DNA from: an uncultured Bacilli bacterium
Lineage (GTDB): Bacteria; Bacillota_I; Bacilli_A; RF39; UBA660
Reading direction: 5' to 3'
DNA: 64,000 nucleotides
Assembly: GCA_934183155.1 (NCBI GenBank)
Contig: CAKPSB010000002.1
Coordinates: 64,834-128,833, forward strand
Positions 40,998 to 52,174 of this stretch are shown here, one piece after another. A program made the position numbers and the translations under genes. Each line of letters starts with the position of its first letter. The first letter of the stretch is position 1. The notes beneath the pieces are model-generated. The model ran no database searches and had not been told where the DNA came from. It saw only the letters and a list, made by a program, of their open reading frames with translations.

Positions 40998-43529
40998 ATG
41001 GATAGAAAAACTGTTGATATGACGAAAATAACCCCAATGATGAAACAATATTTAGAAATCAAAAATCAAAATGAAGACCTAATTATATTTTTTAGATTAG
41101 GTGATTTTTATGAGATGTTTTTTGATGACGCCATTAAAGTAAGTCATGAATTAGAACTTACACTAACTGGTAAATCAGCAGGCCTAGAAGAAAGAATTCC
41201 AATGTGTGGTATTCCATTTCACGCCGCCAACAGTTATATAGAAAAATTAATTGAAAATGGCCATAAAATAGGTATTGTTGAACAATTAGAAGATCCAAAA
41301 ACAGCCAAAGGAATAGTAAAAAGGGGAATCGTTCAAATAGTATCATCTGGTACTAATATGGATAGCGAAACAATCAAAGCAAACGATTTTAACTACATAG
41401 CTTCAATTACCGAAACAGCATACAACTACGTAATAAGTTACGCCGATGTATCAACGGGCGAGCTATATGCCTTTGCCATAGAACATAATCAAGCCAAAGT
41501 GATCTCTGAAATTATTAACCTAAATGCCAAAGAAGTAATTATGGATAGTAAAACTGACAAAAATATTTATTCAATTTTAAAAAATCAATTTCATCTAACC
41601 TTAACAATTACTGATGAATTAACAGATGACTATTCATACACTTACAAAGATATTATTGACCCAAGATATATATTGTCAGTTAAACACTTGCTCGCATACA
41701 TTATTCACAATCAAAAAAGAGATCTCAATCATTTACAAAAACTTCAAATAAAAGAATCTAAAGATTATTTAAAAATGGATGTACATACCAAAAGGAACTT
41801 AGAATTAACCGAAACATTGAGATTAAAGCAAAGAAATTATTCCTTAATATGGCTTTTAGATAAAACAAAAACTGCCATGGGTGCTAGAACATTAAAAAAC
41901 TATGTATTAAACCCCTTAGTAGATAAAAAAGAAATAGAAAAAAGATATGATATGGTTGATATCCTTCTTAAAGAATTTATCCTAAAAAGTGATTTAGAAA
42001 AATATTTAACCGAAGTCTATGATTTAGAAAGATTGAGTGGTAAAATTGCCTTCGGCAATGTAAATGGTAAAGATTTACTACAATTAAAAACATCCTTAAA
42101 AGTATTTCCATATATAAATGAAATATTAAAAAAATTAAATTTTTCTAAGTCATTAGATGATTTGACAGAACTATATAATCTTTTAGAAAATAGTATATAT
42201 GAAAACCCACCAGCAACCATCAAAGAAGGTTATTTAATTAAAGCCGGTTATAATAGTCAACTTGATGAGTTAAAAAAACTTCGGAAAGGTGGCAAAGATT
42301 TCATTGCCAAATTTGAACAAGAAGAAAGAGAAAAAACAGGCATAAAAAATTTAAAAGTAGCCTACAATAGAATCTTTGGCTATTATATAGAAATTAGTAA
42401 AGGTAATTTAGACTTAGTTCAAGAAAAATGGGGTTATCAACGAAAACAAACTCTTGCGAACGCCGAAAGATACATCTCACCAGTGTTAAAAGAAAAAGAA
42501 TCTTTAATATTAAATGCTGAAGAAAAAATAATTAATTTAGAATATGAATTATTTATACAAATTAAAGATGAAGTAAAAAAATATATTCCAAACTTACAAA
42601 AGTGTGCCAAAGTAATTAGTGAAATAGACGTTTTAGCGTCTTTCGCAACCGTATCGGAAGCAAATAATTACATAAGACCAGAAATAACAAAAAATGAACT
42701 TTATATTAAAGAAGCTAGACATCCAGTTGTCGAAAAAGTAATATCATCCGAATTTGTAAGTAATGATATCATCATGGATAAAAACACCAACATTTTATTG
42801 ATAACTGGACCAAATATGGCCGGAAAATCAACATATATGAGACAAATGGCTATAATTGCCATCATGGCACAAATAGGTTGCTTTGTTCCCGCAAGTGAAG
42901 CAAAATTACCAATATTTGATGCCATTTACACGAGAATAGGAGCATCTGATGACCTAGTATCTGGTCAATCAACCTTTATGGTTGAAATGAAAGAAGCCGC
43001 CGAAGCCATAACACAAGCCACAGATAAAAGTCTACTTCTGTTTGATGAATTAGGTAGAGGAACTGCCACTTTCGACGGAATGGCTTTAGCCCAAGGAATA
43101 TTAGAATATATTCATCAAAACATTAAAGGAAAAACATTCTTTTCAACCCATTACCACGAACTTACAGATCTAGATAAAACATTAAAACATTTAAAAAATA
43201 TTCACGTAAGTGCCTATGAAGAAGATGGTAAAATCACATTTTTACATAAAATAAAACAGGGAAGTGTAGATAAAAGTTATGGTATACATGTAGCTAAATT
43301 AGCAAACTTGCCATCATCAGTTATAAAAAGAGCAGACGAAATATTAAAAGTTTATGAAGCAAACGAAAACAAACGAGATTTAAAAATTCAAGAAGCCTTA
43401 CCAATAGACGACCTAATGCCAAAAAAATCAAAGATAGAAGAAAAACTAGATAAAATAGACCCACTTTCTATTACACCAATGGAAGCCTTAAACATCTTAT
43501 ATGAATTAAAAAAAAATAAACAAAATTAA
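40998..43529 (+). CDS. mutS: DNA mismatch repair protein MutS
   Basis: 'TPMMKQYLEIK', 'GPNMAGKSTYMRQ', 'FDELGRGT', 'THYHEL'. Confidence 0.95.
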   Translation: MDRKTVDMTKITPMMKQYLEIKNQNEDLIIFFRLGDFYEMFFDDAIKVSHELELTLTGKSAGLEERIPMCGIPFHAANSYIEKLIENGHKIGIVEQLEDPKTAKGIVKRGIVQIVSSGTNMDSETIKANDFNYIASITETAYNYVISYADVSTGELYAFAIEHNQAKVISEIINLNAKEVIMDSKTDKNIYSILKNQFHLTLTITDELTDDYSYTYKDIIDPRYILSVKHLLAYIIHNQKRDLNHLQKLQIKESKDYLKMDVHTKRNLELTETLRLKQRNYSLIWLLDKTKTAMGARTLKNYVLNPLVDKKEIEKRYDMVDILLKEFILKSDLEKYLTEVYDLERLSGKIAFGNVNGKDLLQLKTSLKVFPYINEILKKLNFSKSLDDLTELYNLLENSIYENPPATIKEGYLIKAGYNSQLDELKKLRKGGKDFIAKFEQEEREKTGIKNLKVAYNRIFGYYIEISKGNLDLVQEKWGYQRKQTLANAERYISPVLKEKESLILNAEEKIINLEYELFIQIKDEVKKYIPNLQKCAKVISEIDVLASFATVSEANNYIRPEITKNELYIKEARHPVVEKVISSEFVSNDIIMDKNTNILLITGPNMAGKSTYMRQMAIIAIMAQIGCFVPASEAKLPIFDAIYTRIGASDDLVSGQSTFMVEMKEAAEAITQATDKSLLLFDELGRGTATFDGMALAQGILEYIHQNIKGKTFFSTHYHELTDLDKTLKHLKNIHVSAYEEDGKITFLHKIKQGSVDKSYGIHVAKLANLPSSVIKRADEILKVYEANENKRDLKIQEALPIDDLMPKKSKIEEKLDKIDPLSITPMEALNILYELKKNKQN

Positions 43530-43531
43530 AA

Positions 43532-43562
43532 AACATGTTCAATATCAAACATGTTTTTATTA
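43532..43562. terminator. bidirectional rho-independent terminator between mutS and the convergent sortase gene
   Basis: Palindrome AACATGTT-caatatca-AACATGTT with flanking A/T tracts. Confidence 0.55.
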
Positions 43563-44429
43563 TAATGTTTTACCAACTTCCAAGTCTTTATATTTTTCAA
43601 GTTGTCTTGCCCTTGCAAATACTAAAACTCGATTATTACCCTTGTGATCAGAAGAATTACGATATGGACACGTCCAAAGACAAACAATTTTATCACCAAA
43701 ATGAGGCACAACATCTGTTTTAATATCAGACTCACTCATTATTTCATTCATTTTTTGCTGAAAATCATTCTCATCAGCAAAATCTCCAACCCAATTGTAA
43801 GCATCACTAGCGTCATAAACACCAGAAGCAAAAATATCAAGTGAATAATGACCATATTCATCGTAATAATCAATTCCTTTAGTTTTATCAAGCATTTGTT
43901 GTGGCGTTTTAGTAGCTTTGTAACTATCACTATCCGCAAACTGACTTAATTTACTAAATAAAAATCTATCACCACTAGGAGCAACAATATTATGACCATA
44001 TATAAGAGTAAAGTCATCACTTAAGCCTTCTGAATTACGACTATCTTTGAAAATACAACCATGATTATTTTCCGCACCTTCTATGTCATGTGAAAGACCA
44101 TAATTGTTATCATCAAATTGTCCAACTGGCAGCGTACCACCATCAGAGCTAAATAAATCATCACTTTTTAAATAAGCCTCAGTATTTTCATCATAAATAT
44201 AAGGACTAATAGCATAATCATCATCTGCGTCATAAATAGTTTCAATGCTATGTTCTTCTACATAATCACTAGTTTTATTACTCTCCAAAAAATAAGGAAT
44301 ATTAAGAGCCTCTAAAACAATAGTTCCAATAATTAGTGCTTTAAACGTAACCCTAGTTATACATTTAAATTTTTCCTTTATATTACCAACTTTTCTAACG
44401 TTATATTTTTCAAATATATCAGATTCCAT
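43560..44429 (-). CDS. srtB: class B sortase (membrane-anchored transpeptidase)
   Basis: N-terminal TM; 'TLIYGHN', catalytic 'IVCLWTCPY' (TLxTC-like) and downstream 'NNRVLVFARA' Arg, collinear with S. aureus SrtB. Confidence 0.65.
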   Translation of the reverse strand: MESDIFEKYNVRKVGNIKEKFKCITRVTFKALIIGTIVLEALNIPYFLESNKTSDYVEEHSIETIYDADDDYAISPYIYDENTEAYLKSDDLFSSDGGTLPVGQFDDNNYGLSHDIEGAENNHGCIFKDSRNSEGLSDDFTLIYGHNIVAPSGDRFLFSKLSQFADSDSYKATKTPQQMLDKTKGIDYYDEYGHYSLDIFASGVYDASDAYNWVGDFADENDFQQKMNEIMSESDIKTDVVPHFGDKIVCLWTCPYRNSSDHKGNNRVLVFARARQLEKYKDLEVGKTL

Positions 44430-44541
44430 AAAATCACCAAATAAATTGTATCACAATTATAAAGAAAGTACAATTTCAAAAAATTTATTGTTATTAGCCT
44501 TAATTTTTGATATAATTTATATGATAGGGAAACGTGATAAT

Positions 44542-44898
44542 ATGAATAAAAAAGGGCAAGCATTAATTGAATTCGTACTAATACTACCAGTTTTACTATT
44601 AATAATTATGACGATGATAGATGTTGGTAATATTTTTATAAAAAAGTATGAATTAAATAAAGACTTAGAAACAATAAGCGATTTGTACCAAAACAATGAA
44701 AACAAACAACTTGCCGCATATATTGCCAGTGAGGAAATAAAATTTGAAGAAAAACCAGTAGGTGATATGGTAAAATTAACTATAACAAAAGATATAAATA
44801 TAGCGGCACCTATTTTGTCAAATGTCCTTGGAAAAGAATATAAAATAAGCTTGTCAAAAATGGTATATGCCAGCTACGAGGGAATAAATGGACAATAA
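44542..44898 (+). CDS. TadE-like pseudopilin / Flp-pilus assembly protein
   Basis: 'MNKKGQALIEFVLILPVLLLIIMTMIDVGN' TadE N-terminal motif; ATG at 44542 after the GGGAAACGTGA RBS. Confidence 0.7.
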   Translation: MNKKGQALIEFVLILPVLLLIIMTMIDVGNIFIKKYELNKDLETISDLYQNNENKQLAAYIASEEIKFEEKPVGDMVKLTITKDINIAAPILSNVLGKEYKISLSKMVYASYEGINGQ

Positions 44899-45256
44899 AG
44901 GACAAAGCTTAGTAATATTCGTTTTGCTGCTTCCTATAATATTCATAATACTTTCTATTATCTGGGAACTTGGTAATATGCAACTTCAAATTAGTCAGTA
45001 TGAAAATGCCATAAAAGACAATATTAAATATGGACTTAACCATCAAAATTTAGAAAATCTAAAAGAAAAACTAGATAATTTAATGTCCAAAAATACTGAC
45101 GGAAACTATCAAATAGAAATAAAAAACGAAATAATAAAAATAAATTTAAAAACAAACTACCAAAGCATTTATTCAGAAATATTACATTTTTCTAATATAG
45201 ATATAACATATATAGGATACAAAGAAAACAATAAAATAATTATAAAAAAAGAATAG
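44888..45256 (+). CDS. TadE-like pseudopilin (second copy)
   Basis: 'MDNKGQSLVIFVLLLPIIFIILSIIWELGN'. Confidence 0.65.
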   Translation: MDNKGQSLVIFVLLLPIIFIILSIIWELGNMQLQISQYENAIKDNIKYGLNHQNLENLKEKLDNLMSKNTDGNYQIEIKNEIIKINLKTNYQSIYSEILHFSNIDITYIGYKENNKIIIKKE

Positions 45257-45265
45257 AGGGATATC

Positions 45266-46000
45266 ATGGCTATAAAGCAAGCAAAAGTTATCACCATAAC
45301 ATCAGTTAAAGGTGGTACCGGAAAAACAACATTAACCTTAGCACTAGCGGGATTATTATCACAAAAAAACAAAAAAACAATCATCGTTGATATGGATCTT
45401 CATACAGGGGTAATTGCTCCATCTTTAAACTTAAAATACGACAAAGACTTCTATACACTAACCAGCGATATTATGAATCATCAATTTAAAACATTAGAAA
45501 ACTATACACTTCATTACAATGAATATATTGATGTTCTACCAGCGCCTAAAGATCCTAGAAACGTTGCTAAAATAGCCACTTCATACATTGATATTATTTT
45601 AAAAAAACTAAAATACCTTTACGATGTAATTTTAATCGATACAAATCACATTATTGACAACATCAATCTTGTAACGTATGACAACAGTGATAATATAATA
45701 TATGTTTTAAACCATGACTTAATGGCCTTAAAAAACATGAAAACAATGTTAGCCATATATGATGATATGAAATTATCAAAATACACCCTAGTTCTAAACA
45801 GTATATTTAACGATACCAATATACAAAAAAAAGATATAACCGATTATCTAGGAGTTCATATAAACTATGTTATTTCAAAAAACTTTTATGAAAAAAAGTT
45901 AACAAGTTGCCTAATGAAAGGGAAAATATTTAATTTAGAAAAACAATATCAAAAAGAAAATAGCATTTTAAATAAATTATTAGACGACATTTTAAAGTAA
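45266..46000 (+). CDS. CpaE/TadZ-like ParA/MinD-family ATPase of the Tad locus
   Basis: Deviant Walker A 'ITSVKGGTGKTT'. Confidence 0.7.
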   Translation: MAIKQAKVITITSVKGGTGKTTLTLALAGLLSQKNKKTIIVDMDLHTGVIAPSLNLKYDKDFYTLTSDIMNHQFKTLENYTLHYNEYIDVLPAPKDPRNVAKIATSYIDIILKKLKYLYDVILIDTNHIIDNINLVTYDNSDNIIYVLNHDLMALKNMKTMLAIYDDMKLSKYTLVLNSIFNDTNIQKKDITDYLGVHINYVISKNFYEKKLTSCLMKGKIFNLEKQYQKENSILNKLLDDILK

Positions 46001-46011
46001 AGGAGGATACC

Positions 46012-47334
46012 ATGGAAAAAAAATTTGTAGATGAATTTTCATTGTCAACAGACCAAAATATTCCAAAAGAGATAGATGATTATGATGAATTTCCAAATAA
46101 AATTTTACTAGACAAATTAAGAGGAAAAATAATCCAAAGCCTTATAGACAGCAAAAAAATGGAAAATGAAAATATGCAAGATTTCATCAAAGATAAAATT
46201 AACAAAGCAACTGAAGGATACGATCTTTCAAATGATGAAAGAAGCTACATATATAATTTAATTGATAACGAAATAAATGGGTATGGTCCTTTAACCGAAC
46301 TTTTAAAAGACAAAGAATTAACAGAAATAATGGTAAATGCCCCAGATGAAATATACATAGAGCTAGATGGTAAAATAATAAAAGATGACAGTGTCAGCTT
46401 TATAAATGATGAGCACATTGTAAGAGTCGTTCAAAGACTAATTCAACCAATCGGTAAAACTGTAGATTTAGCTCATCCAATGGTAGACGCCAGATTAGAC
46501 GATGGGTCAAGATTAAATGCCATATTGCCACCGCTTTCATTAAATGGACCAGTTGTAACTATCCGTAAATTCAAAAGTGAACTTGCAAATGTTGAAGATT
46601 TTTTAAGAACTGGAACACTAACGCCATATATGGCTAGATTTCTAGAAGCCTGTGTTCACGCTAAGTTAAACATTTTAGTAGTAGGGGGAACAGGTAGTGG
46701 TAAAACCACTTTATTAAATGTTCTATCTTCATTTTGCGATCCAAACGATCGTATAATAACCATAGAAGATGCCGCTGAACTAAAGTTAAAACAAAAACAT
46801 GTAATTTCACTTGAAACAAGAACCACAAATTATGAAGGACAAGGAGCAGTAACTATAAGAGATTTAGTTAGAAACTCTCTAAGAATGAGACCGGATAGAA
46901 TAATTGTTGGAGAAGTTAGAGGAAAAGAAGCCTTTGACATGCTGCAAGCCATGAACACTGGCCATGAAGGAAGTATGACAACCATGCATGCCAATAGTCC
47001 ACAAGACGCCCTAAATAGATTAGAAACTATGGTTTTAATGAATGGAGTAGAAATACCAGTTGGAGCTATTCGAGAATACATTGAAAGCGCTATTCAAATA
47101 GTTGTTCAAGTTACCAGATTATCCGACGGTCGAAGGAGAGTCTGCAGCATAAATGAAATTACCGGAATAGAAAACGGAGAAATAAAACAAAAAGAAATAT
47201 TTAAATTCAAACAAACAGGCGTTTTGCCAAATGGCGATGTTGATGGAGAATTTTTACTTCATAAATATGTGCCAAAAGTTTATAGTAAAATAAAATCAAA
47301 AGGTATTGATGACTTAAAAGATATATTTGGATAA
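46012..47334 (+). CDS. cpaF: CpaF/TadA secretion ATPase (type II/IV secretion NTPase family)
   Basis: '[14 protein letters not shown]', '[11 protein letters not shown]', 'TMHANS'. Confidence 0.85.
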   Translation: MEKKFVDEFSLSTDQNIPKEIDDYDEFPNKILLDKLRGKIIQSLIDSKKMENENMQDFIKDKINKATEGYDLSNDERSYIYNLIDNEINGYGPLTELLKDKELTEIMVNAPDEIYIELDGKIIKDDSVSFINDEHIVRVVQRLIQPIGKTVDLAHPMVDARLDDGSRLNAILPPLSLNGPVVTIRKFKSELANVEDFLRTGTLTPYMARFLEACVHAKLNILVVGGTGSGKTTLLNVLSSFCDPNDRIITIEDAAELKLKQKHVISLETRTTNYEGQGAVTIRDLVRNSLRMRPDRIIVGEVRGKEAFDMLQAMNTGHEGSMTTMHANSPQDALNRLETMVLMNGVEIPVGAIREYIESAIQIVVQVTRLSDGRRRVCSINEITGIENGEIKQKEIFKFKQTGVLPNGDVDGEFLLHKYVPKVYSKIKSKGIDDLKDIFG

Positions 47335-47344
47335 GGAGGATAAA

Positions 47345-48808
47345 ATGGACGGAAAATTCGATATAAAAAGTAATAAAAAACCAGTAAATAAAGACATTAC
47401 TATCGTCTTTTCCCCATCTAGTAATGTCCAAAAATATACTTATAAAATATACAAAGATGATATATTACAAAATAGTTTTGATGTGAATTTTTCAACTCCA
47501 TCTAATATCTATTTAAATAAAACTGGAAAATATAAAATAAAAGTTGTACTTTTTTTAAAAAATGGTCAAATAGAAAGCCTTGAAAGTGGCTATTACAATA
47601 TTGATAAAGAAAAACCTATAATAAATATTGTAACAGGTAGTAATAATAAAGTTACCTGTACAGCACATGACAATATAGACGGCGATATAACAAAAAAAAT
47701 TCAAGAAAGTAAACTTGACTTAAAAAAATCAGGGGCACAAAAATTCACCTGTACAGTTCAAGATGAAGCCGGAAACATTGCCACCAACTTTACCGATATA
47801 AATGTTGTAAAGCCTGATGCTACAATATATATAATTCAAATGATATGCTTTATAACAGCACTTATTTTTATCAAAAGAATTATTCATTTATTTAAAGTTG
47901 TAAAACTAGAAGAAAGATTAGATAGTTATACCATAAAGCCATTAGACAAAAAACAAATATCAACCTTTGAAAAAATTTCAAAAATTTATCAAAAAATTAT
48001 ATCTAGTTTCAGCAAAAAACTTGAAAAATCAGTTATAGCAAAAAAACAAGCCCAAAAATTAGATAAATATACTATTGTCAGTCCCATATATAAAAATGGT
48101 TTTGATATAATTAGCGGCAAAATAATTATCGCCTTTGCAGTAACACTACTAGCTTTATTTTCGAAAGCTTTGCAATTCAAATTATTAATTCCATCTGAAG
48201 CTTTATTCTCATTTGTCTTAGGATTTTTTATCCTAGATATTTATCTATTTACTAAATATAAGTTTTTTCGCTGGCGATTAGAAAGCGATTTCATTGCGGC
48301 CATCACCATTATGAATAACGCTTTTAAATCAGGAAGAAGCATTACCCAAGCAATTGACATTGTATCTACCGAAGTACAAGGAGTAATTGGTTCCGAATTT
48401 AAAAGAATGAGCATGGAACTTCTTTATGGATTAAGTGTTGATACCGTTTTTAAAAGATTTGCCAAAAGAGTAGATTTAGAAGAAGCCAGCTATCTAACAG
48501 CCTCACTTACAATTTTAAATAAAACTGGTGGCGACATCATAAAAGTTTTTTCTTCCATTGAAAGAAGCATGTTTGATAAAAGAAAATTAAGATTAGAATT
48601 AAAATCCTTAACAAGCGGTAGTAAAATAGTGGTTTATGTTTTACTTGGAATACCATTTTTCTTTAGTTTAGTTATATCAATAATAAATAAAGATTATTTA
48701 TTGCCATTTATAAATACTAATATTGGTAGATGTCTCTTGATATTTATGATAATTTACTATATAATTTTTGTGGTAGTAGTTAAAAAGATAATGAAGGTGG
48801 TGATTTGA
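47345..48808 (+). CDS. TadB-like inner-membrane platform protein (T2SSF domain) with an extra ~150-aa N-terminal domain
   Basis: T2SSF-like TM/loop organisation after aa ~160; ATG at 47345 after AAGGAGGA; the track start at 47327 is a TTG. Confidence 0.6.
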   Translation: MDGKFDIKSNKKPVNKDITIVFSPSSNVQKYTYKIYKDDILQNSFDVNFSTPSNIYLNKTGKYKIKVVLFLKNGQIESLESGYYNIDKEKPIINIVTGSNNKVTCTAHDNIDGDITKKIQESKLDLKKSGAQKFTCTVQDEAGNIATNFTDINVVKPDATIYIIQMICFITALIFIKRIIHLFKVVKLEERLDSYTIKPLDKKQISTFEKISKIYQKIISSFSKKLEKSVIAKKQAQKLDKYTIVSPIYKNGFDIISGKIIIAFAVTLLALFSKALQFKLLIPSEALFSFVLGFFILDIYLFTKYKFFRWRLESDFIAAITIMNNAFKSGRSITQAIDIVSTEVQGVIGSEFKRMSMELLYGLSVDTVFKRFAKRVDLEEASYLTASLTILNKTGGDIIKVFSSIERSMFDKRKLRLELKSLTSGSKIVVYVLLGIPFFFSLVISIINKDYLLPFINTNIGRCLLIFMIIYYIIFVVVVKKIMKVVI

Positions 48809-49509
48809 TGGAAGATGAAAAAAAAATCGTCCAAAGAATTTACCGAAAAGAAGAATTAGATAAAATAGATAATCAACTTAAGAGTTTAAGCAAGAATACT
48901 AAATACAACGTTTATACATTTTGCTTTACTCGTTTAGTATCAACCACAATAATCTTCTTAATTACCTTATTTACTTTAAAATTAGGCTATATTATTGCTC
49001 CATTCGTAGCTATAATATTTTACCAACTTTTCTATTACTTAAATATTACTAAAAAATTAACGGCGCGTAATCGTAAATTAGAACACGAAGCTTTATATTT
49101 TTTTGAAATATTAACATTAACATTAGAATCAGGAAGAAATTTGGAAAACGCTTTAGTTGTTACCTGTGATAATGTTGATTCGGAAATTTCAAATGAATTT
49201 AAAGAAGCATTAGAAGAAATGAAATTTGGAAAATCATTAATTGAAACATTGAGCGATTTAAAAAGTCACATTTCATCAGATATTATAAATAACATAATAT
49301 TAAATATAATTCAAACAAGCCAGTTTGGTAATAGTATATTAGAAACGTTATACAACGAAGTTGATTTTTTAAGACAAAAAGAACTTTTATCAGTTAAAGA
49401 GCAAATAAACAAAATACCAAATAAAGTAAGTATTATCTCTGTTTTGTTTATCGTACCATTAATAATTATTCTAATATTAGGCCCATATTTGATAAAAGTT
49501 ATTGGTTAG
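48808..49509 (+). CDS. TadC-like inner-membrane platform protein (T2SSF domain)
   Basis: TGATG overlap with tadB; T2SSF-like membrane topology. Confidence 0.6.
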   Translation: MEDEKKIVQRIYRKEELDKIDNQLKSLSKNTKYNVYTFCFTRLVSTTIIFLITLFTLKLGYIIAPFVAIIFYQLFYYLNITKKLTARNRKLEHEALYFFEILTLTLESGRNLENALVVTCDNVDSEISNEFKEALEEMKFGKSLIETLSDLKSHISSDIINNIILNIIQTSQFGNSILETLYNEVDFLRQKELLSVKEQINKIPNKVSIISVLFIVPLIIILILGPYLIKVIG

Positions 49510-49520
49510 GGGGAAAAAAT

Positions 49521-50822
49521 ATGTATTATTTTATAGGAATAAAAGGAACTGGTATGAGTGCACTCGCATGTTTTCTATGTGATTTAGGCTATGAGGTTAA
49601 AGGAAGTGACGTTGAAAGACACTTCTTCACTGAAAAAGGCTTAAATGAAAGAGGCATTGAAATATTACCATACGATGAAAATAACATAAAAAAAGACATG
49701 GTTATTATTAAAGGAAATGTTATCAAAGAAGATCATCCAGAATATATGAAAGCTAAAGAACTTGATTTAAAAATTTACACATACCAAGAAATGATTTCAA
49801 AGCTAACTAAAATGTTTATGACCGTCACAGTAGCTGGCTGCCATGGTAAAACAACGACATCAACAATGGCTTACCAAGTTTTAAATAAATTAAAAGGAGC
49901 AAATTGTTTAATTGGTGATGGTACAGGAATAGCAAATAGAGAAAACAAATATTTTATATTAGAAGCCTGTGAATACCAAAGACATTTTTTAAACTACACT
50001 CCGTATTATGCCATTATCACAAACATCGAGTTAGATCATGTTGACTATTATAAGGATATCGATGACGTTATTGACGCTTTTACTCAGTATGCTAATAACG
50101 CTGAAAAAATGGTTATTGCCTGTGGTGATGATCCATATACTCATAGCCTAGAAGTAAATAAACCAATATTTTATTATGGCTTAGATGAAGACAATGATAT
50201 AATTGCTAAAAATGTTGATTTCAACGAAAACGGTGTTAACTTTGATGTATTTGTTGAAGACAATTACTATGGCCATTTTGATTTACCAATATATGGAAAA
50301 CACATGCTTTTAGATGCTCTAGCCGTAATCAGTTTGTGTTACTACGAAAGGTTAGATGCCAAAGAAGTATCTAAAGAACTTAAACATTTTCATACAGCAC
50401 GCCGAAGATTTAATGAAACCATAGTTGGAGATAATGTTGTTATTGATGATTATGCTCACCATCCAACTGAACTAAAATGTACAATTAAATCAGCTAAACA
50501 AAAATATCCAAACAAAAAACTAGTAGTAATATGGGGACCACACACTTACTCTAGAACAAAAGCATTTAAAGATGAATACATTGAAATATTAAAAACAGTA
50601 GATAAAGCTTACATTATGGATATATATGCTGCCAGAGAAAAACAAGGAGATATTGACATAAATATAAATGATATAATTGAAGCCATACCTAACGCTGAAC
50701 ATATTACCACAAATGAAGCTGATAAATTATTAAAATATAAAAACACAGTATTATTATTTATGAGTCCAAACGATTTAATTAACTTCGAACAGGATTATAT
50801 AAATAAAGCTCAAAGATTTTAA
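49521..50822 (+). CDS. murC: UDP-N-acetylmuramate--L-alanine ligase
   Basis: 'MYYFIGIKGTGMSALACFL', 'VAGCHGKTTTSTM'. Confidence 0.9.
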   Translation: MYYFIGIKGTGMSALACFLCDLGYEVKGSDVERHFFTEKGLNERGIEILPYDENNIKKDMVIIKGNVIKEDHPEYMKAKELDLKIYTYQEMISKLTKMFMTVTVAGCHGKTTTSTMAYQVLNKLKGANCLIGDGTGIANRENKYFILEACEYQRHFLNYTPYYAIITNIELDHVDYYKDIDDVIDAFTQYANNAEKMVIACGDDPYTHSLEVNKPIFYYGLDEDNDIIAKNVDFNENGVNFDVFVEDNYYGHFDLPIYGKHMLLDALAVISLCYYERLDAKEVSKELKHFHTARRRFNETIVGDNVVIDDYAHHPTELKCTIKSAKQKYPNKKLVVIWGPHTYSRTKAFKDEYIEILKTVDKAYIMDIYAAREKQGDIDININDIIEAIPNAEHITTNEADKLLKYKNTVLLFMSPNDLINFEQDYINKAQRF

Positions 50823-50893
50823 GAATAAGCCTTAAAGTCTTTTTATTAAAACAAAAATATGATAAACTAATTGTTAGAAATGAAGGTGAGAAA

Positions 50894-52165
50894 ATGAATG
50901 GTTTACTTCCAGCAGACACATATATAGTTAAAAATAATACCATTTTAAATAATGAATCTCGTCTCATTTTAGTTAAACTTTATCAACCAATTATTGGCAC
51001 AGTAGCAGTTAACCTATACTTCTCTCTATGGAGTAATTTAGATGTAAGTCAAATCATTTCCGTAGCTTATACTCATCATAATTTAATGGCAATGATGAGA
51101 ATTAAATTAGATGACATATTAGAAGCAAGAGAAAAATTAGAAGCCATAGGACTATTAAAAACATACGTAAAAAAGGGGAGTGTTAATAATTATATTTATG
51201 AACTATATTCTCCTCTTGAGCCTTATGAATTTTTTGACAATCCAATATTAGCGACAACTTTAGAAAGCAATATTGGCAAAAACGAATATAACAAAATTTT
51301 AAACTTTTTTACCATTCCTCAAATAAATTTAAAAGAATATGAAAATATCAGTAAAACATTTTCTGAAACATTTGAAACAACTAATTCACTAAATGTTGAA
51401 GCCACTGACGATCTTCGTAGAGTTAAACAAGTAGATCTAATTGTAGATGAAAAAATATCATTGAATAATCTATTAGAGCTAATACCTAATGAAATATTAA
51501 ATCATCGAACAGTAACCAAAGAAATAAAAAAATTAATCTATAATTTAGCCTATATCTACGATTTTAAAGAAGACGAACTCGCTGAATTAATTAGTAATTC
51601 AATAAATGATAAAAAAATGATTGATAAAAATCTATTAAGAGAACATTGTCGTAACTACTATACCTTTGAACATAATGACAAACCAACTCTAATATATAAA
51701 AACCAGCCAGAATTCTTAAGACAACATCTCAGCGACACATCAAAAAAATCAAAGCAAATACATGTTTTTGAAACAACCTCACCATATGATTTTCTAACAG
51801 GCAAAAATAAAGGAGCAACCCCCGAAAAATCAGACTTACTATTAATTGAAAACTTAATGCTAGATTATGAACTAAATCCAGGCGTTGTAAACGTACTAAT
51901 AGATTATGTTTTACGAATTAACAACAATAAATTAACTAGAAATTTTGTGTTAAAAATAGCCTCACAATGGAAAAGAAGCAATATAAAAACCGCCTCTGAA
52001 GCTATGAACATATGTAAAAAAGAAATTCAAACAAAAAAACAAACTAATGTTAAAAAAATAAAAAGTGAAACAAAACCAGAATGGTTTAACAAAAACATTG
52101 CTGAAACAAACGCCTCTGAAGATGATATAAAAGCTTTAGAAGAAAAAATGAAAAGTATTGTATAA
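50894..52165 (+). CDS. dnaB: replication initiation / membrane attachment protein DnaB (Bacillus nomenclature, DnaD/DnaB family helicase-loader component; not the replicative helicase)
   Basis: N-terminus resembles B. subtilis DnaB; C-terminal DDBH2-like '…IASQWKRSNIKTASEAM'; followed by dnaI. Confidence 0.65.
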   Translation: MNGLLPADTYIVKNNTILNNESRLILVKLYQPIIGTVAVNLYFSLWSNLDVSQIISVAYTHHNLMAMMRIKLDDILEAREKLEAIGLLKTYVKKGSVNNYIYELYSPLEPYEFFDNPILATTLESNIGKNEYNKILNFFTIPQINLKEYENISKTFSETFETTNSLNVEATDDLRRVKQVDLIVDEKISLNNLLELIPNEILNHRTVTKEIKKLIYNLAYIYDFKEDELAELISNSINDKKMIDKNLLREHCRNYYTFEHNDKPTLIYKNQPEFLRQHLSDTSKKSKQIHVFETTSPYDFLTGKNKGATPEKSDLLLIENLMLDYELNPGVVNVLIDYVLRINNNKLTRNFVLKIASQWKRSNIKTASEAMNICKKEIQTKKQTNVKKIKSETKPEWFNKNIAETNASEDDIKALEEKMKSIV

Positions 52166-52174
52166 GGAGGACAT

